A stretch of DNA of 64,000 bases from contig CAWDML010000001.1 in the NCBI GenBank assembly GCA_963803435.1, forward strand, positions 1,920,001-1,984,000, written 5' to 3'. How positions within the stretch are numbered: position 1 is the first letter of the stretch; every line of letters begins with the position of its first letter. A program made the position numbers and the translations under genes. The notes under the pieces were generated by a model. It searched no databases and was not told the DNA's origin. It saw only the letters and a list, made by a program, of their open reading frames with translations. The DNA is from an uncultured delta proteobacterium. Its GTDB lineage: Bacteria; Myxococcota; Kuafuiibacteriia; Kuafuiibacteriales; Kuafuiibacteriaceae. Of this stretch, positions 1 through 10,746 are shown piece by piece.

Positions 1-1200
1 CTGGGACGGCTGTGCGACGGCAAGCTGTCGCTCGTCGAGCGGGAGGTGGTTCGGTTCGTACCGGATGAGGGACAGGCCGGCGACCGGAATGCCATGCCGG
101 CCGATCGCGGCCTCTTCCACGAGAACATGATGAGCGGTGACCGCATCCTGCTGGGCTCAGGCGCCGCGGAGCTGGTGGTCACGCGCGTCGCCGACGGCGA
201 CGTCACGGCCGAGGTCGTCTACGGTGGAACGATCCGCGAGCACGCAGGCGTGGATGCGCCGGGGATGCCGACCCGCGGCGGACCGATCACCGAGCACGAC
301 CATCCGTACCTGAAGATGGCGGTGGCGGAGAAGGTCGACTACATCGGCGTCAGCGACATCTCCGACGGCGAGGACATCCTGCTGGTGAAGGAGCACCTCG
401 ACGAGCTCGGCGCCAACATCCCCATCATCGCCAAGATCGAGCGGCCCGAGGCCTTCGCGCGCCTCGACGGGATCCTCCGCCGCGCCGACGCCGTGATGCT
501 CCGGCGCGGCGATCTGGGCGCGCAGATCGAGCTGACGCGGGTGCCGCTGGTCCAGAAGGAGATCCTGCGTCTCGCCAACAATCGCGGGGTCCCGGTGATC
601 ATCGCGACCCAGATGCTCGGATCGATGGTGAACGCGCCCCGGCCCACGCGCGCCGAGGCCTCCGACGTCTCGAACGCGATCGCCGACGGCGCCGACGGCG
701 TCATGCTCAGCACCGAGACCGCGGTGGGCCGCTATCCCGTCGAGTCGGTGAAGATGATGGCAAGCATCATCAAGGAGACGGAGTCCGAGCGGCTGGTGCT
801 CCACCGGAACATCGGCGCGGAGCAGTTCCCGTCGCCCTTCGCGGACACCACCGCCAAGATCGCGTGCACGGCCGCCAAGGAGACCCACGCCAAGCTGATC
901 GCGTGCTTCACCGAGTCGGGACGGACCGCGCGACTGGTGGCGAAGTACCGCCCCGAGGTCCCCATCATCGCGTTCTGCTCCCAGCTCCACACCCGGCAGC
1001 GCCTGGCCATCAACTGGGGGGTCCGCAGCGACGAGATGGCGGCCATGTCCGAGGTCGAGACCATGGTCGCCCACGTGGAGAACCGGCTCCTGGAGCGGGA
1101 GCTGGTCCATCCGGGCGACCGGCTGGTGATCGTGTTCGGCGCGCCCGTCGGGGAGATGGGCCATACGAACTCCGTGCGCCTTCACGAGGTGGGCGAGTAA
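1..1200 (+). CDS. pyk: Pyruvate kinase (5' part outside window)
   Basis: [48 protein letters not shown] motifs; frame open from window start. Confidence 0.96.
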   Translation: MGRLCDGKLSLVEREVVRFVPDEGQAGDRNAMPADRGLFHENMMSGDRILLGSGAAELVVTRVADGDVTAEVVYGGTIREHAGVDAPGMPTRGGPITEHDHPYLKMAVAEKVDYIGVSDISDGEDILLVKEHLDELGANIPIIAKIERPEAFARLDGILRRADAVMLRRGDLGAQIELTRVPLVQKEILRLANNRGVPVIIATQMLGSMVNAPRPTRAEASDVSNAIADGADGVMLSTETAVGRYPVESVKMMASIIKETESERLVLHRNIGAEQFPSPFADTTAKIACTAAKETHAKLIACFTESGRTARLVAKYRPEVPIIAFCSQLHTRQRLAINWGVRSDEMAAMSEVETMVAHVENRLLERELVHPGDRLVIVFGAPVGEMGHTNSVRLHEVGE

Positions 1201-1247
1201 AAGCCCGCATTGCCGGGGTTCGACCGGCATGCTACCTCACCCCCCTC

Positions 1248-1553
1248 ATGGCACGCGTCACCGTCGAAGATTGCCTGGAGAACGTCACGAACCGCTTCGC
1301 GCTCGTGCTGCTCGCCACCCGCCGCACCCGGCAGCTCCTCAAGGGCGCCACGCCGCTGGTCGAGCACGCGAAGAACAAGGCGCCGGTGCTGGCGCTCCGC
1401 GAGATCGCCGCCGATCGGGTTCGCTTCGACAAGGACCTCAAGGAGATCATGGCGAGCACCCCGGCCGAGCTGAAGGCACGCTTCGGTGAGCCTCGCCGCA
1501 ATCGGTCCGACAGGGGCACCGCGCCGGTGTCCGGCTCGCCGCACTTCTTCTAA
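1248..1553 (+). CDS. rpoZ: RNA polymerase omega subunit
   Basis: [30 protein letters not shown]...[12 protein letters not shown]; ATG at 1248 within ORF 864..1553. Confidence 0.96.
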   Translation: MARVTVEDCLENVTNRFALVLLATRRTRQLLKGATPLVEHAKNKAPVLALREIAADRVRFDKDLKEIMASTPAELKARFGEPRRNRSDRGTAPVSGSPHFF

Positions 1554-1621
1554 TTCCGCAGAGACTCCCACTCGCAGAAGCTACGGATTCTTTCCATTTC
1601 GGTGTTACGTTCCGAGGCAAC

Positions 1622-4600
1622 GTGCATCGGATCGGACTGTTTGCGCTCATCCTCGCGCTCGCTGCCTGCCAGGAACACCCCCCCGCCAACCTGAACCCGA
1701 AGGACGCCGCGATCGGGTCGGACGGGAGCACGGCAAATCTCGACGCGTCGGAGGACCTCGACGCCGCCGAGGCTGAGGACGGCAGCACGCCAATCGACGG
1801 CGCGATCGAAGAGGATGCGGGCGCCGCCGACGCCGGCGAGAACGACGACGCCGGCGACGCCGCCACGGGTGACGCGACGGTCGGTGATGCGGGCGGCGGC
1901 GACGCGACGATGATCGACGCCGGCGGCGGTGACGCGGGCGCGATCGACACCGGGATCCCGCCGGACTCCGGCGTGCTCCCCGACTCCGACGGCGACACGA
2001 TCTCGGATCCGGACGAAGGCGACGGCAACGTCGACACCGACGGCGACGGCACCCCCGACACGGCCGACCTCGACTCGGACGGCGACGGCATCCCGGACAG
2101 CGTCGAGGCCGGCGATACCGACCCGACCACGCCGCCCGTCGACAGCGACGGCGACGGCACGCCCGACTTCCAGGACGACGACAGCGACGGTGACGGCATC
2201 CTCGATCAGGTCGAGGGCACCGGCGATCCCGACGGCGACGGCATCCCGAGCTATCTCGACGTCGACAGCGACGGCGACACCATCGCCGACGAGGACGAGG
2301 GCACCGCCGATCCCGACGGCGATGGCATACCGAACTATCTCGACGACGACAGCGACGGCGACGGGATCTCCGATCGGATCGAGGCCGGCGACCTCGATGT
2401 GGTGAGCCGTCCGATCGACTTCGACTTCGACGGCGTCCCCAACTTCCTCGATCTGGACTCGGACGACGACACCATCTCCGACCAGGACGAGACCGCCGCC
2501 GACGACGACGGTGACGGCGCGCCCAACTACCTCGACATCGACTCCGACAACGACTCCGTGATCGACTACGACGAGGCGGGCGACACCGACCTCTCCACCC
2601 CGCCGGTCGACACGGACGGCGACGGACTCGAGGACTATCGGGACGTCGACTCCGACGGCGACACCATCGGCGATCTGGTCGAGCGCCTCGCTGACACCGA
2701 CGGGGACGGCACGCCCGATCGCCGCGACCTCGACTCCGACGGCGACGGCCTGCCCGACGCCCTCGAGGCCGGCGACGCCGACCTGGCCACTCCGCCGGTC
2801 GACACGGACGGCGACGGCCGAGCCGACTTCCTCGATCTCGACTCGGACGACGACGGTCTCGCAGACAACGTCGAGACCGGCTGTCCCGGGAGCACCGACC
2901 GCCTGCGGCCCGACTCGGATCTCGACGGCTTCGTCGATCCGGCCGAGCTCGCCTACGGCAGCGACCCCTGCAGCGCCGCCAGCGGGATCGACGACTTCTA
3001 CTTCGTCCTCCCGCCGCTCGGACCGCTCCAGACCGCGCCGCTCGTCTTCGACGACACCGGGATCGATCGCGCAGACCTCGCGATCAACGTCGACACTACC
3101 GGCTCGATGGGCGGCGAGATCGCGAACCTCCGCGCCTCGCTCTCCAACGTGATCATCCCCGGCGTGCAGGCCGCCGTCCCCGACCCCGCCTTCGCGGTGT
3201 CGTCGTTCGAGGACTATCCGATCGACCCCTTCGGAGACGCGCCCTCGGGCGACCGACCCTTCCGGCTGGGCACCCGCGCCACCACCGACGGTGCAGCTGC
3301 GCAGACCGCGGTCAACGGCCTGACCACCCGCAACGGGATCGACCTCCCCGAGGCGGGGATCGAATCCCTCTACCAGCTCGGCACGGGGGCCGGGACTGCC
3401 TGGACCGGGGGATCCGTCGCGCCGTTCGATCCGAGCCAGAACCTGATCCCCGGCGTCGCGGACGGCTCCATCGGAGGCGCCGGGTTCCGCAGCGACTCGC
3501 TCCCGATCATCGTGCACGTCACGGACGCCACCAGCCACGTCCGCGACGAGTACCTCGGCGTCGATCCGGGCATCACCGCCGCCAGCGTTTCGGCGGCGCG
3601 GCTGGCGCTCTCCTCGATCGGCGCTCGCGTCATCACGATCGCCAACGTCAATCTGCCGCGGCCCAGCGACTTCGCGATCACGGATCAATTCTTCACCGAC
3701 CAATGCGACGGGACCGGCGCCCGGTTCTTCGGCACGATCGCGCCCCCGACCGCGAGCGACGTCGATTGGTTCCTGCTGCAGGGCGCACAGGCCGGCGACG
3801 TGGTCTCCGTAGAGACGATGGCTCAGCCGCTGGGCTCGACGCTCGACTCCATGGTCGGCGTCTACGCGGGCGCCACCAGGCTCGCCTTCAACGACGACAT
3901 CAACCCGGGCGTGGCGACGGACTCGCAGCTCACTGTCACGCTCTCCGGTGCTGGACCGTTCTACGTCGCGATCACGTCCTGGGACAATCCCGACTTCAAC
4001 GGCTCCGGTGCCAACACCACCGGCTTTTACTTCGCCAACATCACCGTCAACGGCGCGGGTGCCACGCGCAGCCCGCGAGGCTGTCCCACGGCTGACGACG
4101 GGGGCAGCGCCGCCACCGCCACCGTGCTCAGCACCGTCCCCCTGGGGCCGCCGAACGGGGTCGCCCAGTGTCTGACGGAGTGTCGGGCCCAGCTCCAGGA
4201 CGAGCCGTTCCGCCTGCCCTACGGCATCTCGGAGCTCACCAACGCCGTCATCCCCGCGTGCGCCTGGGACGAGTTCGGAGCCGCGCGGCCGGCGGGCTGC
4301 GGCGCCGCCGAGTGCTGCACCGGTCTCTCGGGCACCGGCACGCCGCCCAACGCGGCCGGGATGTGTCCCCTCTCCTTCGAGATCGATGATCAGGGCACGG
4401 GGATCGACACCGCGGTGGTCGCCGGCATCGAGGCCCTGGTGAGCTACTCGACGTTCACCATCACCACGGTGACGCGTCCCGATCCGACGGCGTCGATCGA
4501 CACTACCTGCTTCATCCACGGCGTGATCCCACAGAGCGCCGTCACCCCGAGCGCGTGTGCACCGATTCCCAACACCGCCGATCTGATCCCGCCCTCACCG

Positions 4601-4822
4601 GAGCTCGACAGCTTCGAGAACGTGGTGCCCGGGACCATCCTCACCTTCACGGTCAATGCACGAAACATGAGCTCGGCGACCGGCTTCGCATGCGCTCCCG
4701 CCGCGAGCGGCCCTCAGCTGTTCCGCGCCTTCATCGACGTGGTGGCGGATGGTGTGACCGTGGTCGACACGCGCGACGTCATCATCATCGTTCCGCCCGC
4801 TCCGGTCGGCGGGTCGAACTGA
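1622..4822 (+). CDS. Lipoprotein with thrombospondin type-3-like Ca-binding repeats, vWA domain and PPC-like domain (CglD-like adhesin)
   Basis: Lipobox LAAC; many DxDGDG repeats; DLAINVDTTGSM MIDAS-like motif; DVDWF...NDD PPC-type insert. Confidence 0.8.
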   Translation: MHRIGLFALILALAACQEHPPANLNPKDAAIGSDGSTANLDASEDLDAAEAEDGSTPIDGAIEEDAGAADAGENDDAGDAATGDATVGDAGGGDATMIDAGGGDAGAIDTGIPPDSGVLPDSDGDTISDPDEGDGNVDTDGDGTPDTADLDSDGDGIPDSVEAGDTDPTTPPVDSDGDGTPDFQDDDSDGDGILDQVEGTGDPDGDGIPSYLDVDSDGDTIADEDEGTADPDGDGIPNYLDDDSDGDGISDRIEAGDLDVVSRPIDFDFDGVPNFLDLDSDDDTISDQDETAADDDGDGAPNYLDIDSDNDSVIDYDEAGDTDLSTPPVDTDGDGLEDYRDVDSDGDTIGDLVERLADTDGDGTPDRRDLDSDGDGLPDALEAGDADLATPPVDTDGDGRADFLDLDSDDDGLADNVETGCPGSTDRLRPDSDLDGFVDPAELAYGSDPCSAASGIDDFYFVLPPLGPLQTAPLVFDDTGIDRADLAINVDTTGSMGGEIANLRASLSNVIIPGVQAAVPDPAFAVSSFEDYPIDPFGDAPSGDRPFRLGTRATTDGAAAQTAVNGLTTRNGIDLPEAGIESLYQLGTGAGTAWTGGSVAPFDPSQNLIPGVADGSIGGAGFRSDSLPIIVHVTDATSHVRDEYLGVDPGITAASVSAARLALSSIGARVITIANVNLPRPSDFAITDQFFTDQCDGTGARFFGTIAPPTASDVDWFLLQGAQAGDVVSVETMAQPLGSTLDSMVGVYAGATRLAFNDDINPGVATDSQLTVTLSGAGPFYVAITSWDNPDFNGSGANTTGFYFANITVNGAGATRSPRGCPTADDGGSAATATVLSTVPLGPPNGVAQCLTECRAQLQDEPFRLPYGISELTNAVIPACAWDEFGAARPAGCGAAECCTGLSGTGTPPNAAGMCPLSFEIDDQGTGIDTAVVAGIEALVSYSTFTITTVTRPDPTASIDTTCFIHGVIPQSAVTPSACAPIPNTADLIPPSPELDSFENVVPGTILTFTVNARNMSSATGFACAPAASGPQLFRAFIDVVADGVTVVDTRDVIIIVPPAPVGGSN

Positions 4823-4905
4823 GAACCGCGGGTCGCGTAACCGCGGGGCCACAGCAGTTGGTCCGATGCGATTCGTCGAAGCGGTTTGATAGCTGATGAG
4901 GTCGA

Positions 4906-5952
4906 GTGAACTTCGTACGCTGGACTCTCCCCATCCTGTTCGTCTCCACCCTCGCGTGCGGCCCCGCCGAGACGGACGAGCTCGGCCTCGATGAATCGGC
5001 CGCGTCGCACGTGAACCAGGACCGGAGGTTCCTAATCGTGGCCGACGTGAACTGGGAGAACCTCCCGACCCCGGGCGAGGCGCCCTGTGCCGGCGAATAT
5101 CGCGACCTCATCTACTGGATGAAGGCTCGTCCCAGATCGCCCGACTTCGTGATCGTGCAGCAGGTGAGCGGCCAGGCTCAGGCGGATCATCTGGCGTCCG
5201 TGATGAGCGATCTGCTCGCCGGCCAGTGGCGCGCGATCGTCTCCGAAGCGAACCCGAAAGCGCAGCATTCGCCCTGCGGCGCCGCCAAGGCGCACCAGAC
5301 CAACGCGATCCTCTATCGCCCGGGCGCCTTCTCACCCGTGGGCTCCAAGGTCGTTTTCCAGACGTACACCGGCGACGGCCACGGCGGGGTCGTCCTGAAC
5401 AACCAGGCGCGGAGCAAGACCGTCGTTCAACGCTTCCGCGATCTCCGCTGGCCGACGGTCCGCACGGTCAGCATCGCGTCCACGCACTGGGCGACGAGCA
5501 AGTCGCACGGGACTCCCGAGAGCGCGCTCGCCAGCGTGAAGAGGGTGCACTCCAAGCTCACGGCCTCCGGGGGCTCGCTCCGGATCTGGGGCGGCGACAC
5601 CAACCGGACCGACCTGACGGATCCCACCCGCGCTTCGTCTCCGTTCCGGGACTGGTACCAGGCCGCGAACGGTGAGGTGTCCGCACACGCCAACGACGGG
5701 ACGAAGTTCAATTACCGCGACGCAGCCTATCGGGACTGCGGGGGCTCGAAGTCCTGTCTGATCCAGCGTCACGCCACGCTCTCGGGGCGACGGATCGACT
5801 TCCTCATGGGCACCAAATCGGGCGCGCTGCCGAAGATCGACGCCGTGCACACGGTCGGCTTCAGGGAGGCGGGGGACAAGCGGGGAAGCGGAGACGATCC
5901 GCGGCTTCCGTACTCGGATCATCGCGCCGTCGTCGCGCGCATCTGGTACTGA
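4906..5952 (+). CDS. Endonuclease/exonuclease/phosphatase (EEP) family lipoprotein
   Basis: TLAC lipobox; VN, PDFVIVQQV, STHW, GGDTN, IDFL and SDH motifs. Confidence 0.8.
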   Translation: MNFVRWTLPILFVSTLACGPAETDELGLDESAASHVNQDRRFLIVADVNWENLPTPGEAPCAGEYRDLIYWMKARPRSPDFVIVQQVSGQAQADHLASVMSDLLAGQWRAIVSEANPKAQHSPCGAAKAHQTNAILYRPGAFSPVGSKVVFQTYTGDGHGGVVLNNQARSKTVVQRFRDLRWPTVRTVSIASTHWATSKSHGTPESALASVKRVHSKLTASGGSLRIWGGDTNRTDLTDPTRASSPFRDWYQAANGEVSAHANDGTKFNYRDAAYRDCGGSKSCLIQRHATLSGRRIDFLMGTKSGALPKIDAVHTVGFREAGDKRGSGDDPRLPYSDHRAVVARIWY

Positions 5953-5984
5953 ATCACTGGCAGCACCCGAGCAGCGTCCACCTG

Positions 5985-6698
5985 TTACGCCACAAGCAAC
6001 TCGAACGCCGGCCGCGGGGATGCGTCCCTCCCCGTGAGCGCGCGCCACACGGCGCGTAGGATCGGGCTCTCGATCACCTCCATCCGATCGAGGTGCGCCG
6101 CGGTTGCCTTTTCCGTCTTCCTGAAGGCCACCGCCTCGGCGCGCCGGGCGCGCGCGAGCTCGGCCTCGAGGCTCTGGGCGTCGGGCGCGTAATGACGCGT
6201 GATCGCACGGCAGTAGAGGAGGTGGCGCGCTTCGTCCTTTGCCACCTCCGCAAACACGGCGCCGGTCTCCGGATCGTAGCGCCCGAAGAGCGGTCCGAAG
6301 AACGCGAACTGGACCACCGCCCGCTCCTCGAGCGCCTGGAGGAGGGCGAATGCGCGGACCACGTCCTCGATCGACGAGAGCGGGCGCGAGAAGAACCCGT
6401 CGCAGGCCACGTCGAGGTGCTCCAGAACCTTCAGCTCGTCCGGGAGCGCGCCGACGTCGACACCCTGGCGCCGGGCACACTCGCGGAACATCCGGCCATG
6501 ACGGATCTCATCGGACTGGTGGCGCTCGATCATCTTCCGGAAGCGCGGGTCGTCGACCCATTCGAGCGCCTGATCGAAGAGGACGGCCTCTCCGTTGTCC
6601 TCCGCCTCCGCCGTCTGGGCGAGGAGCAAGGCACGCCCTCGCGGGGTCCGAAGGATCGGCTTCATCATCGTCGTCGCCACCATCTGCTCGAGGTTCAT
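5985..6698 (-). CDS. Ferritin-like di-iron domain protein
   Basis: Paired E...DExxH motifs (DEIRH, DEARH). Confidence 0.8.
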   Translation of the reverse strand: MNLEQMVATTMMKPILRTPRGRALLLAQTAEAEDNGEAVLFDQALEWVDDPRFRKMIERHQSDEIRHGRMFRECARRQGVDVGALPDELKVLEHLDVACDGFFSRPLSSIEDVVRAFALLQALEERAVVQFAFFGPLFGRYDPETGAVFAEVAKDEARHLLYCRAITRHYAPDAQSLEAELARARRAEAVAFRKTEKATAAHLDRMEVIESPILRAVWRALTGRDASPRPAFELLVA

Positions 6699-6717
6699 CT
6701 CGTCTCCGTTCTGTCCT

Positions 6718-6744
6718 AATGACTATTTTAGTTTTCTGGTCATT
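6718..6744. promoter_or_regulatory. Putative TetR operator upstream of the ferritin-like gene
   Basis: AATGAC-N15-GTCATT inverted repeat with AT-rich spacer; same TGAC-N15-GTCA core at 7386-7408. Confidence 0.7.
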
Positions 6745-6791
6745 CGTTGGCGTGCGTGTTCGTTTCCAGGCTGGTGTTCACCTCCTTCGGC

Positions 6792-7385
6792 TTACGCTCG
6801 GACCCGCAGCCCGTTCAGGACCAGGTCGAAGGCGGCCGTCTTTCGCCGCTCGAAGGCCTCTCCGCTCCCGCCGTCGCCCTCGCCCCAATCGTGGAGGACG
6901 AAGTAGGCGAGCTGGAGATCCAGGAGGATCTGGGCGACCGAGGGGACGTCGAGCGTGTCACGGAACAGGCCCTGCCGGATGCCGAGCGAGAGGATCTCCT
7001 CGACGTTGACCCTGGCGAGGGCCCTGAGCGCGTCCAGCTCCCGACCCCACTCGGGCATCAGGGCGTGGGCCTCTCCGAAGAGGAGGAGCCGCAGGAGCGG
7101 CCGGTCCAGGAGGTAGGCGATGGCGGCGTCGCTGGTGCGCTCGAGCAGGCGGTCGGCCGGGACCCGCAGGTCGATGGCCTGGGCAGCCGCCGCGATCCAG
7201 GCGCGCACCTCGCGGTTCAGGACCTGGTAGAACAGGTCGTTCTTGCTCTCGCAGGCGAGGTAGATGGTCCCCTTGGCGACGCCGGCCCGGCGGGCAATCT
7301 CGTCGATGGAGGCCTTCTTGAAGCCGAAGCGCGCGAACGCCCGGGCCGCCTCGACCAGGATGCTCTCTTTCTTGGTGGACTCCAC
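6792..7385 (-). CDS. TetR/AcrR family regulator
   Basis: ILVEAARAFARFGFKKASIDEIARRAGVAKGTIY helix-turn-helix. Confidence 0.93.
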   Translation of the reverse strand: MESTKKESILVEAARAFARFGFKKASIDEIARRAGVAKGTIYLACESKNDLFYQVLNREVRAWIAAAAQAIDLRVPADRLLERTSDAAIAYLLDRPLLRLLLFGEAHALMPEWGRELDALRALARVNVEEILSLGIRQGLFRDTLDVPSVAQILLDLQLAYFVLHDWGEGDGGSGEAFERRKTAAFDLVLNGLRVRA

Positions 7386-7427
7386 TGACCGTTTTTAATA
7401 TTTGGTCAGCCGCCGTGGAGGTGTCAA
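7385..7427 (-). promoter_or_regulatory. tetR promoter with overlapping operator
   Basis: Minus-strand TTGACA (7427-7422), 18 nt, AAATAT; CTGACC-N13-GGTCAG at 7385-7409 abuts the GTG start. Confidence 0.65.
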
Positions 7428-7438
7428 GCCCTCCGGCG

Positions 7439-8734
7439 TCAGGGGAGGAGCACGGTCCGAATCACGTTGTTGCCCGTGTCCGCCAGATAGAGACGGCCGC
7501 CGGCGAACGCGACGCCGAAGGGGAGCTTCAGCTTGGCCGACGTCGCCGGGCCGCCGTCCCCCTCGAACCCCTTCTGCCCGCATTGTCCGGCGACCGTGCG
7601 GATGGTCTGGTCCGGCGCGATCGCCCGGACGCAGTGGTTGTTGACGTCGGTGAAGAAGAGCGTGCCGTCGTCGCCCAGGGCGAGATCGACCGGCGTATCG
7701 AGCAGCGCGTCGCTCGCGGGGCCACCGTCGCCTGCGTAGCCGGCCTTGGGCACGCCGTCGACGGGAGGCTGACCGGCCAGGCGGTGCACAACCCCGTCGG
7801 TGTCGATCATTCGGATGAGGTTGTTGGAGGTGTCGGCGAAGTAGAGGTTGCCGGCGGGATCGAACACGATGCGACCGGCCGGGATCGCCGACTGGCCGAA
7901 CGGCTGCGCCATCCGCAGCTCGGACGCGGAGATCTCGTCGCCCGAGTAGCTGGGAGAGCAAGGCTTCTTGCAGAAGGTGGCTGGGTCGCCGCAGGTCCAC
8001 TTGCCGGAGGGACCGTTCGGACCCGCGGGGCACTGCACCGGCTCCACGCCCGCCCCACAGGGCCCGGGGCCCGCCGGCGCCGGCGCGTCGACCAGACAGC
8101 GGCCGGCGAGGAGGTGAATGTCGCCGGCGGCGTCCACGTACCGGAGCACCTGGTTGGCCTCGTCCATGATCACGAGGTTGCCATCGGGATCGAACGCGAG
8201 GCTCGCGGGAAGATCGAGCGAGGAGCTCAACGCCGGACCGTCATCACCGAAGTAGGCGCGCTTGCCGTCACCGCAGGTGTCGACCACCTCGCCGGTCGCG
8301 ATGTTCAAGGTGCGGACCTTGCTGTTGTGCCAGGCGGCGATGATGATGTTCTCTCCGCTGCGATCGAAGATGATGTTGGGCGGATGGTTGAAGTCACCGT
8401 TCGCCGGATCGTCCAGCGACCCGCCCAGCTCTCCTCGGCCTGCCACCCAGCTCAGCATCCCGTCGGCGTCGAGGTGTCGGATCCGATGGTTGTTCCAGTC
8501 GGAGATGTAGAGCGTCCCGTCAGGTGCCGGCAGGGTGTCCTGCGGCAGGCTCATCTTGGCCTCGAGCGCGACCAGCACGGTGGTGTCGGCGTTCGGGTCG
8601 TAGCCGTTCTCTCCGGTGCCGGCGATCGTGCAGATGTTCCCGGGAACCGTCGTGTCGCACTCCTTCTGCCCGTCACCGCAGCCGTAGCCGGCCAGCGCCC
8701 CCGGGATGAACAGCAGCATCCAGCGCTTCATCAT
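7439..8734 (-). CDS. NHL-repeat beta-propeller lipoprotein
   Basis: MMKRWMLL...GYGC lipobox; repeated GDGGPA, LYFADT.NN.IR and TIAGTG units; ATGA overlap with upstream gene. Confidence 0.85.
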   Translation of the reverse strand: MMKRWMLLFIPGALAGYGCGDGQKECDTTVPGNICTIAGTGENGYDPNADTTVLVALEAKMSLPQDTLPAPDGTLYISDWNNHRIRHLDADGMLSWVAGRGELGGSLDDPANGDFNHPPNIIFDRSGENIIIAAWHNSKVRTLNIATGEVVDTCGDGKRAYFGDDGPALSSSLDLPASLAFDPDGNLVIMDEANQVLRYVDAAGDIHLLAGRCLVDAPAPAGPGPCGAGVEPVQCPAGPNGPSGKWTCGDPATFCKKPCSPSYSGDEISASELRMAQPFGQSAIPAGRIVFDPAGNLYFADTSNNLIRMIDTDGVVHRLAGQPPVDGVPKAGYAGDGGPASDALLDTPVDLALGDDGTLFFTDVNNHCVRAIAPDQTIRTVAGQCGQKGFEGDGGPATSAKLKLPFGVAFAGGRLYLADTGNNVIRTVLLP

Positions 8735-9988
8735 TTGACCACCTTCACGATTCGATCGTTGAGCGAGTCCATCACATAGAGGTTCCCGTCGGGGTCGAAG
8801 GCGACGCCGAACGGACGTCTGAGGTGCGTCTCGGTCGCGGGCAGCCTCTCCTCTTCGTCGAGCCCGAGCTCGCCGGTGCCGACCACCGTCCGGATCACGC
8901 CGGTGCTCGAGATCGACGGCGCGGACGGCACCGTTGTCGGTGTCCGCAAAGTACAGATCGCCCTCCGGTCCGATCTCGAGGTCGCGCGGCGCGCTCAGCT
9001 GCGCCTGGTCGGCCGCTCCGCCGTCTCCACCGAACCCCTTCTCGCCCGTCCCGGCGATCGTGGAGACCGAGCTGTCGGCGAGGTCGACGACGCGGACCCG
9101 ATTGTTCTCGGTGTCTGCGACGTACAGCTTGCCCTCGTGATGGACGATCCCGCCGCTCGGGTTCGGGTTGGAACCGACGGCCCAGGAGAACTGGGCCTCG
9201 GTGGATGGGCCGTTCTGGTACCCTGGCGTCCCGGTACCCGCGAGCGTACTGATGATGCCCTCGGGATCGATCATGCGGATGCGCTCGTTTTGCTGATCCA
9301 CGACGTAGATGTTGCCTTGCTCGTCGACCGTGGCGTCGTCGGGCTGCTTGAAGAGGGCCTGCGCCACCGGGCCGCCGTCACCCGCGAAGCCGGCACCGCT
9401 GCCGCCGACGACGCTCACCCAGCCGGTGTTTGGGTCGATGCTGAGGAGCTTGTGGTTGTGCCAGGCGACGAGCAGCACCGAGCCGTCCGCCTGCACGATG
9501 AGGTTGGTGGGATGGTTGAGCTGCCACTCGGCGCCGGCGGCGCCGCCCGGCTTGACGCCGCCGAACGGTCCGTCGCCCGGGAAGACCGGGTCCGTCCACC
9601 CGACCATGCTCTCGATGGTGTCGTCCGTCCGAACCCTGCGGAGCAGGTAGTTGTTGAAGTCGCTCAGCCACGCCGTTCCGTCGGGGAGGAAGACCAGGTC
9701 CTGCACCTGGTTGAACTTGGTCTCCCAGCGGTTGTGTCCGTCCCCGTTGAAGCCCTCTTCGCCCTTGAGCCCGGCCCAGGTACACGCGGTCCCCGAGGCC
9801 GCCCCCGCGCAGGGATCCTTCGTCCCATCCTCCCCGCCGCACGCGAACAGGAGGGTAGCCGCCGCGACGGCAGCCCATGATCTGATCCGTCTCCCCCGGA
9901 CCGTCCCGATCGGGGCGACTCCATCCCCTTGAAGGATCGGCCTGCCCGGGAAACCGGGGGCCCACCGCGACGTACGTTGTACGCGCAT
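8731..9988 (-). CDS. NHL-repeat lipoprotein (frameshift near 8908; start uncertain)
   Basis: LLFAC lipobox and NHL repeats; C-terminus STGVIRTVVGTG...DRIVKVVK continues in the frame of ORF 8731..8949. Confidence 0.75.
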
Positions 9989-10065
9989 GAGGGAGGACGA
10001 GCGGGGCCAATCCGTCGCGTGCATCGGCCATTCAACCCGTGGGGCGGGTGTCGAGGCAGCGAGAA

Positions 10066-10725
10066 TCAGAAAAAGTGGATGCAGGTCACCGGCGGTGACT
10101 CCGGCATGACCCCGGGCTTCTCCAGGACCGAGATGTTGACGAGGCTGTCGGGCGCCGCGGTGCGGAGGCGATCGCTCGGCCCGTCGCCCTCGCAGGCGCC
10201 CTCGAGCAGGCGGTAGCCGGGGCGCATCGGCGCGTCGGTCTCGAATGTGAGCGGCAGCGTCGACGCCTCCGCCGTGGGCCGATCGCCGCGCACGTAGAGG
10301 ACCAGCTGATCCCATGCGACGGCCATGATGGTGTCCCCCGCTCCGAACGCGCCGTCGCCGTCCACGTCGTCGAACATGACCGGACAACCAACGTCGGCGG
10401 TCACCGGACCATCTGCCGTCATGAAGACGTTGGATTCCTCCACCGGTGGGAGATCGTAGATGTCCGTGGCGAAGTACGCGGGATATGACTCCGTCGGGAT
10501 CGTCGTGACTCGCGGGAGGACCGAGTGCGCTTCACCCCGGTCGAGCCACTTCCACAACACACCGACCGTGGGCTGCGCCGACGGAATCTTTCCTTCGGTC
10601 CCGCAGACGATCCCTTCGAGGTGCATCCGCGAATCGCCCAGGAAGTCACCGGGCGCGAGCGGGTCGCCGCACGCGGCCGAGAGCGTGGCGAGGAGGAGCG
10701 CCACCCGAACCGAGTTGATCGACAT
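10066..10725 (-). CDS. Hypothetical lipoprotein
   Basis: LSAAC lipobox; GGAGG RBS; DVDGDG loop. Confidence 0.75.
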   Translation of the reverse strand: MSINSVRVALLLATLSAACGDPLAPGDFLGDSRMHLEGIVCGTEGKIPSAQPTVGVLWKWLDRGEAHSVLPRVTTIPTESYPAYFATDIYDLPPVEESNVFMTADGPVTADVGCPVMFDDVDGDGAFGAGDTIMAVAWDQLVLYVRGDRPTAEASTLPLTFETDAPMRPGYRLLEGACEGDGPSDRLRTAAPDSLVNISVLEKPGVMPESPPVTCIHFF

Positions 10726-10746
10726 CCTCCCTCATGAATAGCACGA

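Noticed and set aside
1960-2960. Periodic GACGGCGACGGC repeats as a possible CRISPR or DNA repeat array
   Set aside because: They are coding DxDGDG repeats with synonymous variation and no repeat-spacer structure
1550-4519. 989-aa minus-strand ORF, and similar long ORFs at 21220-24129 (+), 31536-33950 (-) and 61404-63989 (-)
   Set aside because: Antisense shadows of real genes; high GC3 removes stop codons on the opposite strand and they carry no motifs
7439-10387. Single 982-aa NHL protein
   Set aside because: Artefactual fusion of two lipoproteins by the indel near 8908; an internal lipobox and ATGA coupling at 8731-8734 show two genes
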